Assembly: GCA_963789955.1 (NCBI GenBank)
Contig: CAWBMV010000034.1
Coordinates: forward strand, 672,001 to 736,000
Direction of reading: 5' to 3'
Length of the DNA: 64,000 bases
Origin: an uncultured Candidatus Rokubacteria bacterium
Lineage (GTDB): Bacteria > Methylomirabilota > Methylomirabilia > Rokubacteriales > CSP1-6
In this document: piece after piece, positions 31,511 through 42,574 of the stretch
Layout: every line of letters begins with the position of its first letter
Position numbering within the stretch: the first letter of the stretch is position 1
The notes under the pieces: model-generated
Database searches by the model: none
Told to the model about the DNA's origin: nothing
What the model saw: only the letters and a program-made list of their open reading frames with translations
Made by a program: the position numbers and the translations under genes

Positions 31511-32520
31511 ATGAAGCTGAATCGGACCGCGTATCTGATCGGCGCGACCTTGCTCGTCGCGGCGGCCGGGCTCGGCACGCCGCAGGCCCAGCCGGCACAG
31601 AAGGTCGTGTTCGCGCTGAACTGGTTCGCTGTCGGCGACCACGCCGCGTATTGGGTCGCGCTCGACCGCGGGTATTACCGCGCCAAGGGGCTCGACGTCG
31701 AGCTCCAGAACTCCAAGGGCTCCGGTGACTCCATCGCCAAGGTCGATACGGGCCGCGCCGACGTCGGCCTGGCCGACGCGGTCGTCGTCATCCCGCGCAT
31801 CGCGCAGGGGGCGAAGATCAAGGTCGTCGGGGCGGTGTTCGACAACACCCCGCTGAACATCTGGACGCGCAAGGACACAGGTATCGCCAAGCCGAAGGAC
31901 CTGGAGGGCAAGACGTTGGCGGCGCCGCCCGGTGACGCCCAGCGCCAGCTCTTCCCCGCGTTCGCGAAGATCAACGGCGTCGACGAGGCCAAGGTGAAGT
32001 GGGTCAACATCGAGCCCGCGGCCAAGTTCGTCGCGCTCGCCGAGAAGCGCGCCGATGCGGTCCCCGACTACACGACGGGGCAGCCCTTCTGGGAGAAGGC
32101 GGTCGGGGCCGAGAACCTCGTGCGCATGCCCTGGAGCCAGTTCGGCTTCGACACGTATTCGATGGCCATCTTCGCCAGTGACAAGACCATCAACGAGCGC
32201 CCGAAGGTCCTGCGCGACTTCGTCGCGGCGTCGTATCAGGGCTGGCACGACGTGATGGAGAACCCGAAGGCCGCGCTCGAGATCTTCAAGAAGCGCGTGC
32301 CCGACATCGACCTGGCGCTGATCGAGCCGAACATGATGCTCGGGCTCGATCTGATGAAGACCGACCGCTACGCGAAGAACGGGATCGGCTGGGTCGAGCG
32401 CGCCAAGATGTGCCGCACCGTGGAGCTGATCAACACCTACATGCCCGACATGCCCCGCAAGGTCGGCTGCGACGAGGTCTTCACCAACGAGTTCCTGACG
32501 AAGATCGAGCCGCCCAAGCG

Positions 32521-32524
<4 letters not shown>
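31511..32524 (+). CDS. NitT/TauT (NMT1/THI5-like) substrate-binding protein
   Basis: Signal peptide, LNWF..GDHA...VA..RGYY...GLDV, PKDLEGKT; RBS GGAGGA. Confidence 0.88.
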
Positions 32525-33282
<758 letters not shown>

Positions 33283-33310
33283 GCGCCGTGAGGCTCGGGC
33301 CGGCGCGGCG

Positions 33311-34360
33311 TCAGGCGACTTCGGCGGTGCGGATCTGGCGGAAGCGAGCGGCGAAGAGGGGGTCGAAAAGCGCGGCGGTCGCGACGAGCACCGCGTCCGC
33401 GCCCTCGCGCAGTACGTCTCGGGCGCGTTCCACCGTCGAGATACCGCCTACGGCGAGAATGGCCCGATCCCAGGCCCCGGCCTTCCTCCACGCCAGCATC
33501 TCGGCGACCTGGCGCGCCGCGACCGTGAAGGTCTGGGCGCCCACGACGTCGGCGCGCTCACGGCCGGCGCCCTCGAACGCTGGGCCACCCTTCTCGTCGA
33601 AGACCCGGCGGTTGATGCTGTGAACGAGCACATAGCCGTGAGCCCACGGCGCGAGACGGGTCGCTGTCTCGTGGAGCAGGCGCGGCGTCTTGAATGGTCC
33701 GAGCCTCGCCAGGACGGGCAGGCCGACCGATGTCCGTGTACGGTAGAGGATCCGCGCGGCGAGCGTCACGTTCTCGTAGATCATCTGAGGCTGCTCGGTG
33801 AACGGGTCCGGCGTCGCCAGCTGAACCTCGATCGCGTCGGCTCCGCTTTCGGCCGCCCAGGCGGCGCACTGTGCATAGTCCGCGCTGAGTGCCTCCGCGT
33901 CACCGCCGGGGCGAGGCGTGCCGATCACACTGGCGATCAAGACCTGACCGCGCCCGATGCGCTCCTTGGCCCGGCGAAGATCCTTGCGCCAGACGTCGGG
34001 CTCCATCGAGGGCTCGCCCAGCGAGACGGCGATGGTGGCGCCGCCGTTGTTGGCCGGGCGTGCGACGACTGCAGCCTGCTCGCGGTTATCCACATGACGG
34101 ATGTTGGGCAGAGCGTGGGCGGCCTGGAAGGCCGAACGAACGGTCGCGTACGTCAGGACGTCGAATCCAAGCCGAGCGTAGGCCTCCACCCACTTGGAGT
34201 TGAGCAGGGGCCCCGCGGCGATGCCGAGGCTCGAGTTCAGAGGACGGCCGAATAGCATCCCACCAGGGGCCGGGGGAAGACGACGCACCCTCGGCAGCAC
34301 GGGAGCATGCGAGTAGTTCCACTGATAAGAACGGTCGAGTCGATAGGCGCCTTGGGAAAT
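33311..34360 (-). CDS. Dihydroorotate dehydrogenase-like FMN TIM-barrel protein with degenerate active site (start uncertain, about 34300-34370)
   Basis: GIAAGPLLN, GFDVLTY, AVGGIST, GADAVLVATA; the frame extends upstream of GTG 34300 (YRLDRSYQWNY). Confidence 0.75.
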   Translation of the reverse strand: MSQGAYRLDRSYQWNYSHAPVLPRVRRLPPAPGGMLFGRPLNSSLGIAAGPLLNSKWVEAYARLGFDVLTYATVRSAFQAAHALPNIRHVDNREQAAVVARPANNGGATIAVSLGEPSMEPDVWRKDLRRAKERIGRGQVLIASVIGTPRPGGDAEALSADYAQCAAWAAESGADAIEVQLATPDPFTEQPQMIYENVTLAARILYRTRTSVGLPVLARLGPFKTPRLLHETATRLAPWAHGYVLVHSINRRVFDEKGGPAFEGAGRERADVVGAQTFTVAARQVAEMLAWRKAGAWDRAILAVGGISTVERARDVLREGADAVLVATAALFDPLFAARFRQIRTAEVA

Positions 34361-34431
34361 GGCTCAATCACTCCTTTTCCCCAGGAAGTACCTGGTAAGC
34401 GCCTAGTTTATCACATAGTTACACCTTTTGC

Positions 34432-35421
34432 TTACCGAAATGCGGGCGCAACCTCGGCTGCGATCAGCTGAAGCTCTCGCATGATGTGCGCGTGCGCCAT
34501 GCCCGGGAAGAAGGTTCGGCAGATCAGATGGGTCATTCCGTACTCTTCGGTGAAGCGACGGATCTGCGCGACGCACTGCTCAGGCCCGCCGATGATGAAC
34601 CGGTCGGCCATCAGCCGGTCCAGGTCGGTCGCGATCGAGGAGTCGATGAACGGGTGACGCCACCCGCCGGCGTACTCCTTCCGATACGCGATCATGATGT
34701 GCTCTTCCGCGAGCTCCCGCGCCTTCCGGTCGGTATCGGCAATGATCAGATCCCGGGTCAGCGGCCATTCGGCCACGGGCTGACTCCGCCCGGCAGCCCG
34801 GCGGTTGTCGAGGAAGCGTTTCTTCCCGGCGAGAAGGCGCTTGAGATCGGCGGTCGGGCCGGGGATCCAGTTGTCGGCGAGTGTCGCGGCCCGCTTGAGC
34901 GTGATGTCGCCCCAGCCGCCGATCCAGACGGGCGGGTGGGGCCTGGTCACGGGCTTGGGCTCGAGTCGTCCCTCGACGGTGTAGTAGGCGCCCTTGAAGC
35001 TGACTCGGTCCTGCGTCCAGAGCCCCTTGATGATCGCCAGCTGCTCCTCGAACCGTGCGCCGCGCTTCTCGAGATCGACGCCGTAGAGCGCGAACTCGTC
35101 GGGCTTGTAGCCGATGGCGATGCCGAGCGTGATCCGCCCCTGGGACATGACGTCGAGCATCGCGACGTCCTCGGCGAGCCGCACGGGGTGATGGAAGGCC
35201 GCCACGATGATGTCGGTGCCGAGCATCATGCGTGAGGTGCGCGTCGCGAAGCCGGCGAGCACCGTCAGCGGCGAAGGCCAGTAATGGTTCGTGACCGAGT
35301 GATGCTCCTCCATCCAGACCGAATCGAAGCCGAGCTCTTCGGCTCGCGTGACTTCTTCGAGCGCTTCCTTGTAGTACTCGCCGCCTTCGATGGGAATGAA
35401 TCCGATCTTGAGTCGCGCCAT
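34432..35421 (-). CDS. LLM-class flavin-dependent oxidoreductase
   Basis: AEELGFDSVWMEEHH, HPVRLAEDVAMLD.MS.GR, PKP...PHPPVWIGG. Confidence 0.92.
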   Translation of the reverse strand: MARLKIGFIPIEGGEYYKEALEEVTRAEELGFDSVWMEEHHSVTNHYWPSPLTVLAGFATRTSRMMLGTDIIVAAFHHPVRLAEDVAMLDVMSQGRITLGIAIGYKPDEFALYGVDLEKRGARFEEQLAIIKGLWTQDRVSFKGAYYTVEGRLEPKPVTRPHPPVWIGGWGDITLKRAATLADNWIPGPTADLKRLLAGKKRFLDNRRAAGRSQPVAEWPLTRDLIIADTDRKARELAEEHIMIAYRKEYAGGWRHPFIDSSIATDLDRLMADRFIIGGPEQCVAQIRRFTEEYGMTHLICRTFFPGMAHAHIMRELQLIAAEVAPAFR

Positions 35422-35458
35422 GGGGCGAGAGCCTAGCACGGGCCCGGAGTCGAGTCAC

Positions 35459-35487
35459 TTGACAGACCCTCGCGCGGCGATTACACG
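35459..35487 (+). promoter_or_regulatory. Sigma70-like promoter TTGACA-N17-TACACG
   Basis: Perfect -35 and 17-nt spacer upstream of the cupin gene; RBS AAGGAGG. Confidence 0.5.
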
Positions 35488-35519
35488 GATCCCAGGCTGA
35501 TCATCAAGGAGGCGACCGC

Positions 35520-35885
35520 ATGCCCAGCATGAAGGGCTATCACGCGCTGAAGAATCTTCCGGAGGAGAAGGTCACCGACAAGATCTCGCGCCGCGTCCTC
35601 GTGGGCGACCAGGAGATGGTCGTGTGGTGGTCGATGAAGGCCGGCGCGCACGCCGCGGCCCACCAGCACCCGCACGAGCAGATCTTCTGGATGATCTCGG
35701 GGAAGATGGAGTTCCGGCTCGGCACCGACCGGAGGGTGTGCGGGCCGGGTGATCTCGGCCTGATCCCGGGCGGCGTCGAGCACGAGGCGTGGTTCGTCGA
35801 GGACACTGAAGTCATCGACATCTTCGCGCCGCCTCGGGAGGACTTCCTGACGCCGGACGCCCCGTCGTACATGCGAAAGGGCTGA
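35520..35885 (+). CDS. Cupin domain protein
   Basis: HQHPHEQ..., IPGGVEH, DIFAPPREDF. Confidence 0.9.
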   Translation: MPSMKGYHALKNLPEEKVTDKISRRVLVGDQEMVVWWSMKAGAHAAAHQHPHEQIFWMISGKMEFRLGTDRRVCGPGDLGLIPGGVEHEAWFVEDTEVIDIFAPPREDFLTPDAPSYMRKG

Positions 35886-35889
35886 TCGG

Positions 35890-36147
35890 CTAGCCGCCGT
35901 AGCCCCAGTTCCAGCACGGACGGCGCTCGAGCCAGAACCAGTCGTCGCAGAGCTCTTGGGCGCAGCGATGCTTGCACTGGTCCTCGGTCTGGTCCGCGAC
36001 GCAGCGGAGCTCGCCGGCCGCCTTGCAGTAGCAAGATCCGGTGAACGTCCATCGACTCTGCTGAGCGTTCGCGCTCGTCAGACCGAGCGCCAGAAGCACG
36101 CCGAGCACGAACGGCGCGATGCGGCGCGCCCGGCCGCGGCCCGTCAT
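35890..36147 (-). CDS. Small secreted Cys/Trp-rich hypothetical protein
   Basis: Signal peptide ending ANA-QQ; 7 Cys in the mature part; fills the gap between two genes; GGAG RBS. Confidence 0.65.
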   Translation of the reverse strand: MTGRGRARRIAPFVLGVLLALGLTSANAQQSRWTFTGSCYCKAAGELRCVADQTEDQCKHRCAQELCDDWFWLERRPCWNWGYGG

Positions 36148-36183
36148 TGCCCCGGCTCCATGGCGCCGCTATAGTCTCACGAC

Positions 36184-37440
36184 ATGCGCCGAGCCTGCCT
36201 CGCGGCCGCCGTCGCGCTCTCCGTACTGCTGATGATTCGCGGGTCTCTCGGCGCGGATCCTTCCGGCATCCGGCGTATCGCCGTCACCGGGCAGGCCGCG
36301 CCGAACGGGGGCGTGTTCGATCGGTTCAGCGTCGAGTCGCTGCCGATCGTCGCGCCGATCAACGGCAAGGGCCAGGTGGCCTTCTTCGCCTCGGTTGTCC
36401 GGGGGCGCGCGAGCGAAGGGTTTTTCCTCTCCACGGGGACGCGAATCAGCAAGCTCGTCGCGGACGGCGACGCGGTTCCCGGCGGCGGCGTCTTCTCAGG
36501 GTTCGGCCGGCACCCGCTTCCGACCTTGAACGATGCCGGTGAGCTGGCGTTCGCTGCGACCATCACCGGCGCCAGGGCCGTCGAAGGCGTCTTCGTCGCT
36601 TCTCCGCGCGGCATCAGGGCGGTCGCGCTCGCGGGAGGCGCCGCTCCCGACATCTCGTCCGGGACCTTCGCGAATCTCGATACTCCATCGATCAACAACC
36701 GAGGTGAGGTCGCGTTTCTGGCGATCGTCCGCCGCGGACGCGAGAGCATCGAGGCGATCTACCTGCAGTCGGGCGGCAAGACTCGGAAGGTCGTCGCTCA
36801 AGGGGACCCGGCGCCGGCGGGAGGCACGTTCGCCGGCTTCGGTCCGCCGTCGCTGAACGGAAGCGGGCTGATCGGCTTCGCCGCCGTCGTGGAAGGACGC
36901 GCCGTCCCCGGTGGCGTCTTCGTGGCGAAGGCCGGCGCGATCAAGATGCTCGTCGGCGCCGGTGAGGACACTCCCGATGGCGGGATCTTCGCCAAGTTCT
37001 CGGAGCGCGTCGCCGTGAACGAAGCGGGCACCATCGCGTTCAACGCAATCCTCAAGGTGCTCCGCTCAGCGGAGCGATCTACATCGTCGATGATCGAGTG
37101 CGCAAGGTCGTGGGGCTCGGCGAAGTGGCGCCCGGCGGCGGCGTCTTTTCGCACTTCGGGCTCTGGCCTTCGCTGAGTGCCTCGGGCGCCGTCGTGTTCG
37201 CCGCGTCGGTCGACGGCGGGCCCGCGCCGGTCGCGGTGTTTCTCGCCGGCCGCGGCGCTACCTCGAAAGTCGCCGCGGTGGGTGACGCGCTTCCCGGAGG
37301 CGGGACGCTCGTGTCCTTCGGTCTCTATCCGTTCGCGGCGGCGAGCAGCTCGGGCGCGATCACGTTCGCGACCGCGCCCGATGCGGTCGGCGCCGGCGCC
37401 GAAGGGGTCTTCGCGATCGATTCCGCGTCTCGGCCGCTAG
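36184..37440 (+). CDS. Secreted NxxGxxAF tandem-repeat (beta-propeller-like) protein (frameshift near 37060)
   Basis: Repeats INGKGQVAF, LNDAGELAF, INNRGEVAF, LNGSGLIGF, VNEAGTIAF, each with G..AP.GG.F. Confidence 0.78.
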
Positions 37441-37448
37441 CGCTCAGC

Positions 37449-38510
37449 TCAGTTCATGTCGTAGGGCGGGTACTCGACGAAGATGTTCGCGGCCGTGATC
37501 AGGCGGTGGGGCGTCACTGTGCGCGGCGCGACGGTCTCGCCGCGAAGCATCCGCATCGCGATCGGCAGGACCTCGTAGCCGTACCGGTCCAGGTAGAACG
37601 CGACCGAGCCGATGACGATGCTGCCGCGGTTGTTCGGATCGATCTCCTTCCGGTCGTTCAAGCCGCCGTGCACCGAGCGATCGACGCCCTGTCCGACGAT
37701 GGCGCCATCGGAGAGCCGCCCGGCCGAATCGACCGCGCTCTTCGCCGCGAGCGCGGAGGCATCGTCCATCGCCGCGATCAGTACCTTGGTCGAGGGATGG
37801 CTCGCGAGGACCTTGGCGACGAGGGGGCCAACCTGGGCCGGGTTGCCCTGGGTGTCGAGCGCGGTGATCTTGAGCGCGGGAAGCTGACGCTTGAGGCCTT
37901 CGGTCGCGCCTTGCGCCCGGTCGGGGATGCGATGCTCCTGATCCCGGAGGTTGCCGATGACGACGCCGATCATCGGCAGGGCGCGCCAGTTCTTGGCGCC
38001 ATAGTCCGAGAGCGCCTCGCCGGCGATGCGCCCGGCGGCGCGATTGTCCAGTCGTGTAGAGCGGCGCGTCGGCCACCGGCGTGTTGATCGCGAGGACCCG
38101 GATCCCGGCGGCTCGCAGGCTCTGCCCGACCTTCACGTTCGTCGCCGCGTCCTCGAAGTACTGGATGTAGAGATCGACCTTTCGCTTGACCGCGTCCTCG
38201 ACGTTCGCGAGCGCCTTCTGCGGGATCTCGATGATTGTCGTAGAACACCAGGTCGATCGGATAGCGGCGTACCGCCAGCGCTGAAGCTCTCGCGAACCTC
38301 TCGTCCGGTGAACCCAGTGCCCTCGAGGGTGGCCCCCGGCTCTTCGGTCAGGTTCGCGAACGCGACGGTATAGCGCCGCTCCTGCGCCACGACGGCGAGC
38401 GGCGGCCCGCCGGCAAGCCACGGCCGCAGCAGGCACGAGGCGAGCGCGATCCACAGAAAGAAGCGCCGGCGCCCCTCTCGAGGCGCCGGCCTTCGTGCTG
38501 CGCGGTGCAC
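37449..38510 (-). CDS. Sugar-binding periplasmic protein (type I PBP), two or more frameshifts
   Basis: Fragments in three frames: YTVAFANL, ALANVEDAVKRKVDLYI..AGIRVLAINTP, DNR.AGR.AGEAL, AAMDDASALAA, SVAFYLDRYG. Confidence 0.7.
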
Positions 38511-38521
38511 TGCGGAGCTTT

Positions 38522-39541
38522 CTAGCGGATGCCCTCGATCGCGACGAAGTTACCGGTCAGGCCGACCGCCTTCGGCACGGTCATGTTGAAGAAGAACGTC
38601 GCCCGCTTGGTCCGATCGGCCTCGGCGGCCATCAGGTCGGTCCGTACGTTCTCCATGATGTGGATCCCGGCGTCGGTGAGCAGGATCTGATGGATCATGA
38701 ACGCTTCCTTCGGATCCTCGCCGGGAATCACCTCGACAGCCCAGGTGTCCGAGCCGACCGCGACGATCTTCTGTGACACGAGCCAGTGCGCGGCTTCCTT
38801 GCCGAGGCCGGGCTCGCCCGAGTTGTAGAGCGCGTTCTGCGCGGGATACTGCTCGAAGAGATCGCCCCATCCGGTGTGGATGATGACGATGTCGCCCTCG
38901 CGGAGGGTCACGTTGTACATCTTCAGGCCGGCCTCGAGATCGGCCTTCGTGATCACGGTGCCCTTGTCGAGGCATGGCTTCTTGCAGGTCGCGTTGGTCT
39001 TGAGCTTACCGGCCTGCTGATACACCTTGACCATGTCGACGATCACGCCGCGGGTCGCGAACGACTTCAGGTGCTCGAGACCGAGCTTGGTCATGTTGTT
39101 CTGCGTGATGAACTTCCCCATCGGCGTCTGGTTGTAGTAGCAGTCCTTGCGGCCGATGTGACCCAGGCCGTCGAGGTGCGTCCCCACGTGGCTCTGGCTG
39201 AGCCACGTGTCCTCCATGTAGGTCAGCTGGTTCTCGCCGAGGGCCGCGCCGGGGGCGAGCGTGATCGCGGTCAGGATCGTCTTCGTGAACCGCGTGCCGA
39301 AGAGGGGAATCCCATCGGCGAGCGGGTACGACATGGTGACGACCTTGCCTTCCTGGATCTCCGCGGCGGCGGCCTTGGTGACCGCTGGGGTCACCCGGTT
39401 GGTAGCGCCGGTCTGATCGTTCGGGCCCCACAGCGAGGCCGGGACGATCTTGCTGCAGTCGGACTGGGCCAGCGCGGCCGGTACCGACGCGACCAGGGCG
39501 GCGAGCATCACAGGCACCACGATCAAGGACTTGCGCATCAT
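38522..39541 (-). CDS. Exported cyclase family (kynurenine formamidase-like) metal hydrolase
   Basis: WGPNDQTGATN, HVGTHLDGLGH, GDIVIIHTGW, VGSDTW..E, H..LL...GI.IMEN; signal peptide. Confidence 0.88.
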   Translation of the reverse strand: MMRKSLIVVPVMLAALVASVPAALAQSDCSKIVPASLWGPNDQTGATNRVTPAVTKAAAAEIQEGKVVTMSYPLADGIPLFGTRFTKTILTAITLAPGAALGENQLTYMEDTWLSQSHVGTHLDGLGHIGRKDCYYNQTPMGKFITQNNMTKLGLEHLKSFATRGVIVDMVKVYQQAGKLKTNATCKKPCLDKGTVITKADLEAGLKMYNVTLREGDIVIIHTGWGDLFEQYPAQNALYNSGEPGLGKEAAHWLVSQKIVAVGSDTWAVEVIPGEDPKEAFMIHQILLTDAGIHIMENVRTDLMAAEADRTKRATFFFNMTVPKAVGLTGNFVAIEGIR

Positions 39542-39675
39542 GCGACGTACTCCTTTCGACGGTGAAGGGCACGGCACATCCAAGGCCGTAACGCCGGGAT
39601 GTTAGTCCCGATGCCCGGCGAATTTCAAGACGCTTTGCGGCGCGAATGTCGAACCCGGTGCTAAGATCGCGCAGG

Positions 39676-41292
39676 ATGGCCGAAGAGCTCGCCCGCGAGG
39701 AGCAGGCCGCCCTCGCTCCCTGCTTCACCAACCTCACCGGGCCGGTCTTTGCGCTGGTGAACCTGCCCGAGGTCGTCAAAGGCGCTCTGTTCGCCCGTTA
39801 CTCGCGCTCCCCCAAGTCGCTCCGGCGCCTCTTCCTCGACGAGTTCCTCGGCCCGGGCGGCCTGGAGGCGGCGAGCCTCGGCGGCGCGGCCGGCGACGCC
39901 GGCGCCCGGCGGGCCGAGCAGCTCTTCGAGCGCGTCTTCGTCGAGTACGGGGACGACTCCGTCGCCCAGCTCGGCGGCGTGCACCTGGCGTGCGAGGGCT
40001 CGTCGAACATCCTGACCAAGGTCCTCGAGTGGGGCCGGCTCATGGCCTATCTCGAGCAATCGACCCGCTACATCCCCTACGACGACCGACCTGACGGCCG
40101 GTATCGCTACCACGTGCCCGCGGAGCTGAGCGGCGCGCTCCGCGAGCGATACGTCGCGACGCTCGATCGGGCGTTCGATCTCTACCGGACCTGGCTCCCG
40201 AAGCTGCGCGCGTTCTTCGAGGCGAAGTTCCCGCGGGACGCGGCGGAATCCGAGACCGTCTACCGCATGACGATCCGCGCCAAGGCGCTCGACACCTTGC
40301 GCGGGATGCTGCCCGCCGCCACGACATCCAATGTCGGGATCTACGCCACCGGTCAGGCGTACGAGCAGCTCCTGCTCCGGATGCGCGCGCATCCGCTGCG
40401 CGAGGTGCGCGACTGCGCGGACCTGATGCTGGTCGAGCTGCGGAAGGTGATCCCCGCGTTCCTCAAGCGCGTGGACGTGCCCGAGCGCGGCGGCATCTGG
40501 TCGACGTACTTCGAGGAAACGCGCCGGGACACACGCGACGTGGCGCGGCGATTCGTGCCGCCCGAGCCGGCGGGCGGACAGCGCGACGCGGACCTTGGCC
40601 GCGCCGAAGAGGTCATGTTGACCGACTTCGATCCGGACGGCGAGGCGAAGGTCGTCGCGGCGGCGCTCTACGCAGCCTCGAGCCGACCGGACGCGGAGCT
40701 GCTCGAGATCGCGCGCCGCATGACACCGGACGAGCGAAGCGCGGTGCTGGCCGCGTACGTGGGCAAGCGGCTGAACCGCCGCCATCGGCCCGGCCGCGCC
40801 TTCGAGCGGACGTCGTATCGCTTCGACGTGCTGGGTGACTACGGCGCGTTTCGCGACCTGCAGCGGCATCGGCTGCTCACGCTCGAGTGGCAGCGTCTGA
40901 CGCCGCGACATGGGTCCGTCATGCCCGAGGCGATCGCCGACGCGGGCGCGGGAGACGACTGGCGTCGCGTGCTGGCGGAGTCGGCCGAGCTGCACGACGC
41001 GATCGAGGCGGCCGGGCTGCCCGAGGTCGCCTCGTACGCGGTCTCGATGGCCTATCGCGTCCGTTTCTACATGGACATGAACGCGCGCGAGGCGATGCAC
41101 GTGATCGAGCTGCGCACCACGCCGCAGGGCCATCCGTCGTACCGGCGGATCTGCCAGGCGATGCACCGGCTCATCGCCGAGCGCCATCCGGCCATCGCCG
41201 CTACCATGACCTTCGCCGATCATTCCTCGGTCGACCTCGAGCGGCTGGAAGCCGAGCGCGCGGCGGAGCGCCGCCGCAGCGGCTCGGCCTAG
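39676..41292 (+). CDS. thyX: Double-domain FAD-dependent thymidylate synthase
   Basis: KGALFARYSRS, YGDDSVAQLG, YLEQSTRY, ALDTLRGMLPAAT, FRDLQRHR, ELRTTPQGHPSYR. Confidence 0.85.
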   Translation: MAEELAREEQAALAPCFTNLTGPVFALVNLPEVVKGALFARYSRSPKSLRRLFLDEFLGPGGLEAASLGGAAGDAGARRAEQLFERVFVEYGDDSVAQLGGVHLACEGSSNILTKVLEWGRLMAYLEQSTRYIPYDDRPDGRYRYHVPAELSGALRERYVATLDRAFDLYRTWLPKLRAFFEAKFPRDAAESETVYRMTIRAKALDTLRGMLPAATTSNVGIYATGQAYEQLLLRMRAHPLREVRDCADLMLVELRKVIPAFLKRVDVPERGGIWSTYFEETRRDTRDVARRFVPPEPAGGQRDADLGRAEEVMLTDFDPDGEAKVVAAALYAASSRPDAELLEIARRMTPDERSAVLAAYVGKRLNRRHRPGRAFERTSYRFDVLGDYGAFRDLQRHRLLTLEWQRLTPRHGSVMPEAIADAGAGDDWRRVLAESAELHDAIEAAGLPEVASYAVSMAYRVRFYMDMNAREAMHVIELRTTPQGHPSYRRICQAMHRLIAERHPAIAATMTFADHSSVDLERLEAERAAERRRSGSA

Positions 41293-41325
41293 AACCCGAA
41301 GCGCCACCGCGTACCGCCTCGCCGC

Positions 41326-41366
41326 TTGACGGCGGCGGTCCGAGCAAAGATAATTGGTCGCCCAAT
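41326..41366 (+). promoter_or_regulatory. Promoter TTGACG-N17-GATAAT overlapped by palindromic operator ATTGG-TCGC-CCAAT
   Basis: Palindrome at 41353-41366 in an AT-rich patch upstream of the TetR gene; RBS AAAGGAG. Confidence 0.7.
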
Positions 41367-41382
41367 CAAATAAAGGAGCCGC

Positions 41383-41991
41383 ATGAGCCCCAAGCGCGGT
41401 GTGGCGCCGATCCGGCGCGCCGAGATCGTGCGCGCGACCATCCGGTGTCTCGCGCGCGACGGGTACTCGGGGCTCACGATGAAGAGGGTCGCGCGCGAAG
41501 CGAAGGTGAGCCAGGGCATCCTCCATTACTACTACACCGACAAGCGGGCGATTCTGGTGGCCGCGCTCGAGACGGTCACCGCCGATTTGGACCGCCGAGT
41601 CGCGGCCGCGCAGTCGCGGGAAGGGCGGGATGCGCGCGCCCGGCTCCTGGCGCTGGTCGGCGCCTGCTTGCGGCTGGCGGTCGAGGAACGCGCGTTCTGG
41701 ATCGTGTTCGTCGAGTTCTGGGGCGAGATGATGCACGACCGGCGACTGCGCGAGATCAACGCCGCGCTGTACGCGCGCATGCGGCGGCTCATCGGCGCCG
41801 TGGTGGCGCAGGGCATCCGGTCGGGCGCGTTTCGCCGGACCGACGTGCTGCGCGCCGCGGCGGTGATCCTCGGGCTCGTCGACGGCGTCTCGCTCCAGCT
41901 CGCGTTCGACCCGGCCGCGTTCCGCGTCGCCGAGGCGACCCGGTTCTGCGGCGATGCGGTGATGCGCTATCTGGCGCGGGAGGACTCATGA
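41383..41991 (+). CDS. TetR-family regulator, BetI-like
   Basis: PKRGVAPIRRAEIVRATI...TMKRVAREAKVSQGILHYYY.DK; C-terminal LVDG..L. Confidence 0.88.
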   Translation: MSPKRGVAPIRRAEIVRATIRCLARDGYSGLTMKRVAREAKVSQGILHYYYTDKRAILVAALETVTADLDRRVAAAQSREGRDARARLLALVGACLRLAVEERAFWIVFVEFWGEMMHDRRLREINAALYARMRRLIGAVVAQGIRSGAFRRTDVLRAAAVILGLVDGVSLQLAFDPAAFRVAEATRFCGDAVMRYLAREDS

Positions 41992-42570
41992 ACGCGGACG
42001 TGATCGCCCAGGCCAAGGAGAAGGCGCGGGACTATTTCAAGACGAAGGGCACCCTCGTCGCCGCTTCCGCGATCCACGAGCGGATCGGCGACGCCTTCGG
42101 CGCGCTCGAGACGTTCGCTGGAGCCGATCTCCGCCGCCACGGCCGCCCGCGTGGGCATTCCGGGTGAGTGGACGATCCAGGAGATCGTCGACCATCTGGT
42201 CGAGACACACCGGCCGGGGCTCGACGAGCTCTGGTGCTTGCTGGCCGGCCGCCGCCCTCCGGGCGATCCGATTCCGGCGAGCCTCCAGTCGAAGGCGCCG
42301 CTCCAGCGGCCGTGGCCCTGGCTCCTCGCCGAGCTCGCGCGCGTCCACGGCGATATCCTGAGAACGCTCGCGGCGGTGCCGCCGGACTTCGCGACCGACG
42401 CCCGCGCGCCGATCGTGATGGTGGTGAACGTGCCGGACGGGCCGGGCAAGGTCGTGCCGCTGCACTGGGTCGAGGATCTCGACTGGAAGGCGTACGCGAT
42501 CGTCTGGCGGCTCCACGTGATCGATCACCTGAAGCAGGCGAAGAAGGTGCACGCGGCCCTGGAGCGGTGA
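41988..42570 (+). CDS. DinB-like protein (frameshift near 42120)
   Basis: PGEWTIQEIVDHL and RLHVIDHLKQ; ATGA overlap with tetR. Confidence 0.7.
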
Positions 42571-42574
42571 GCCG

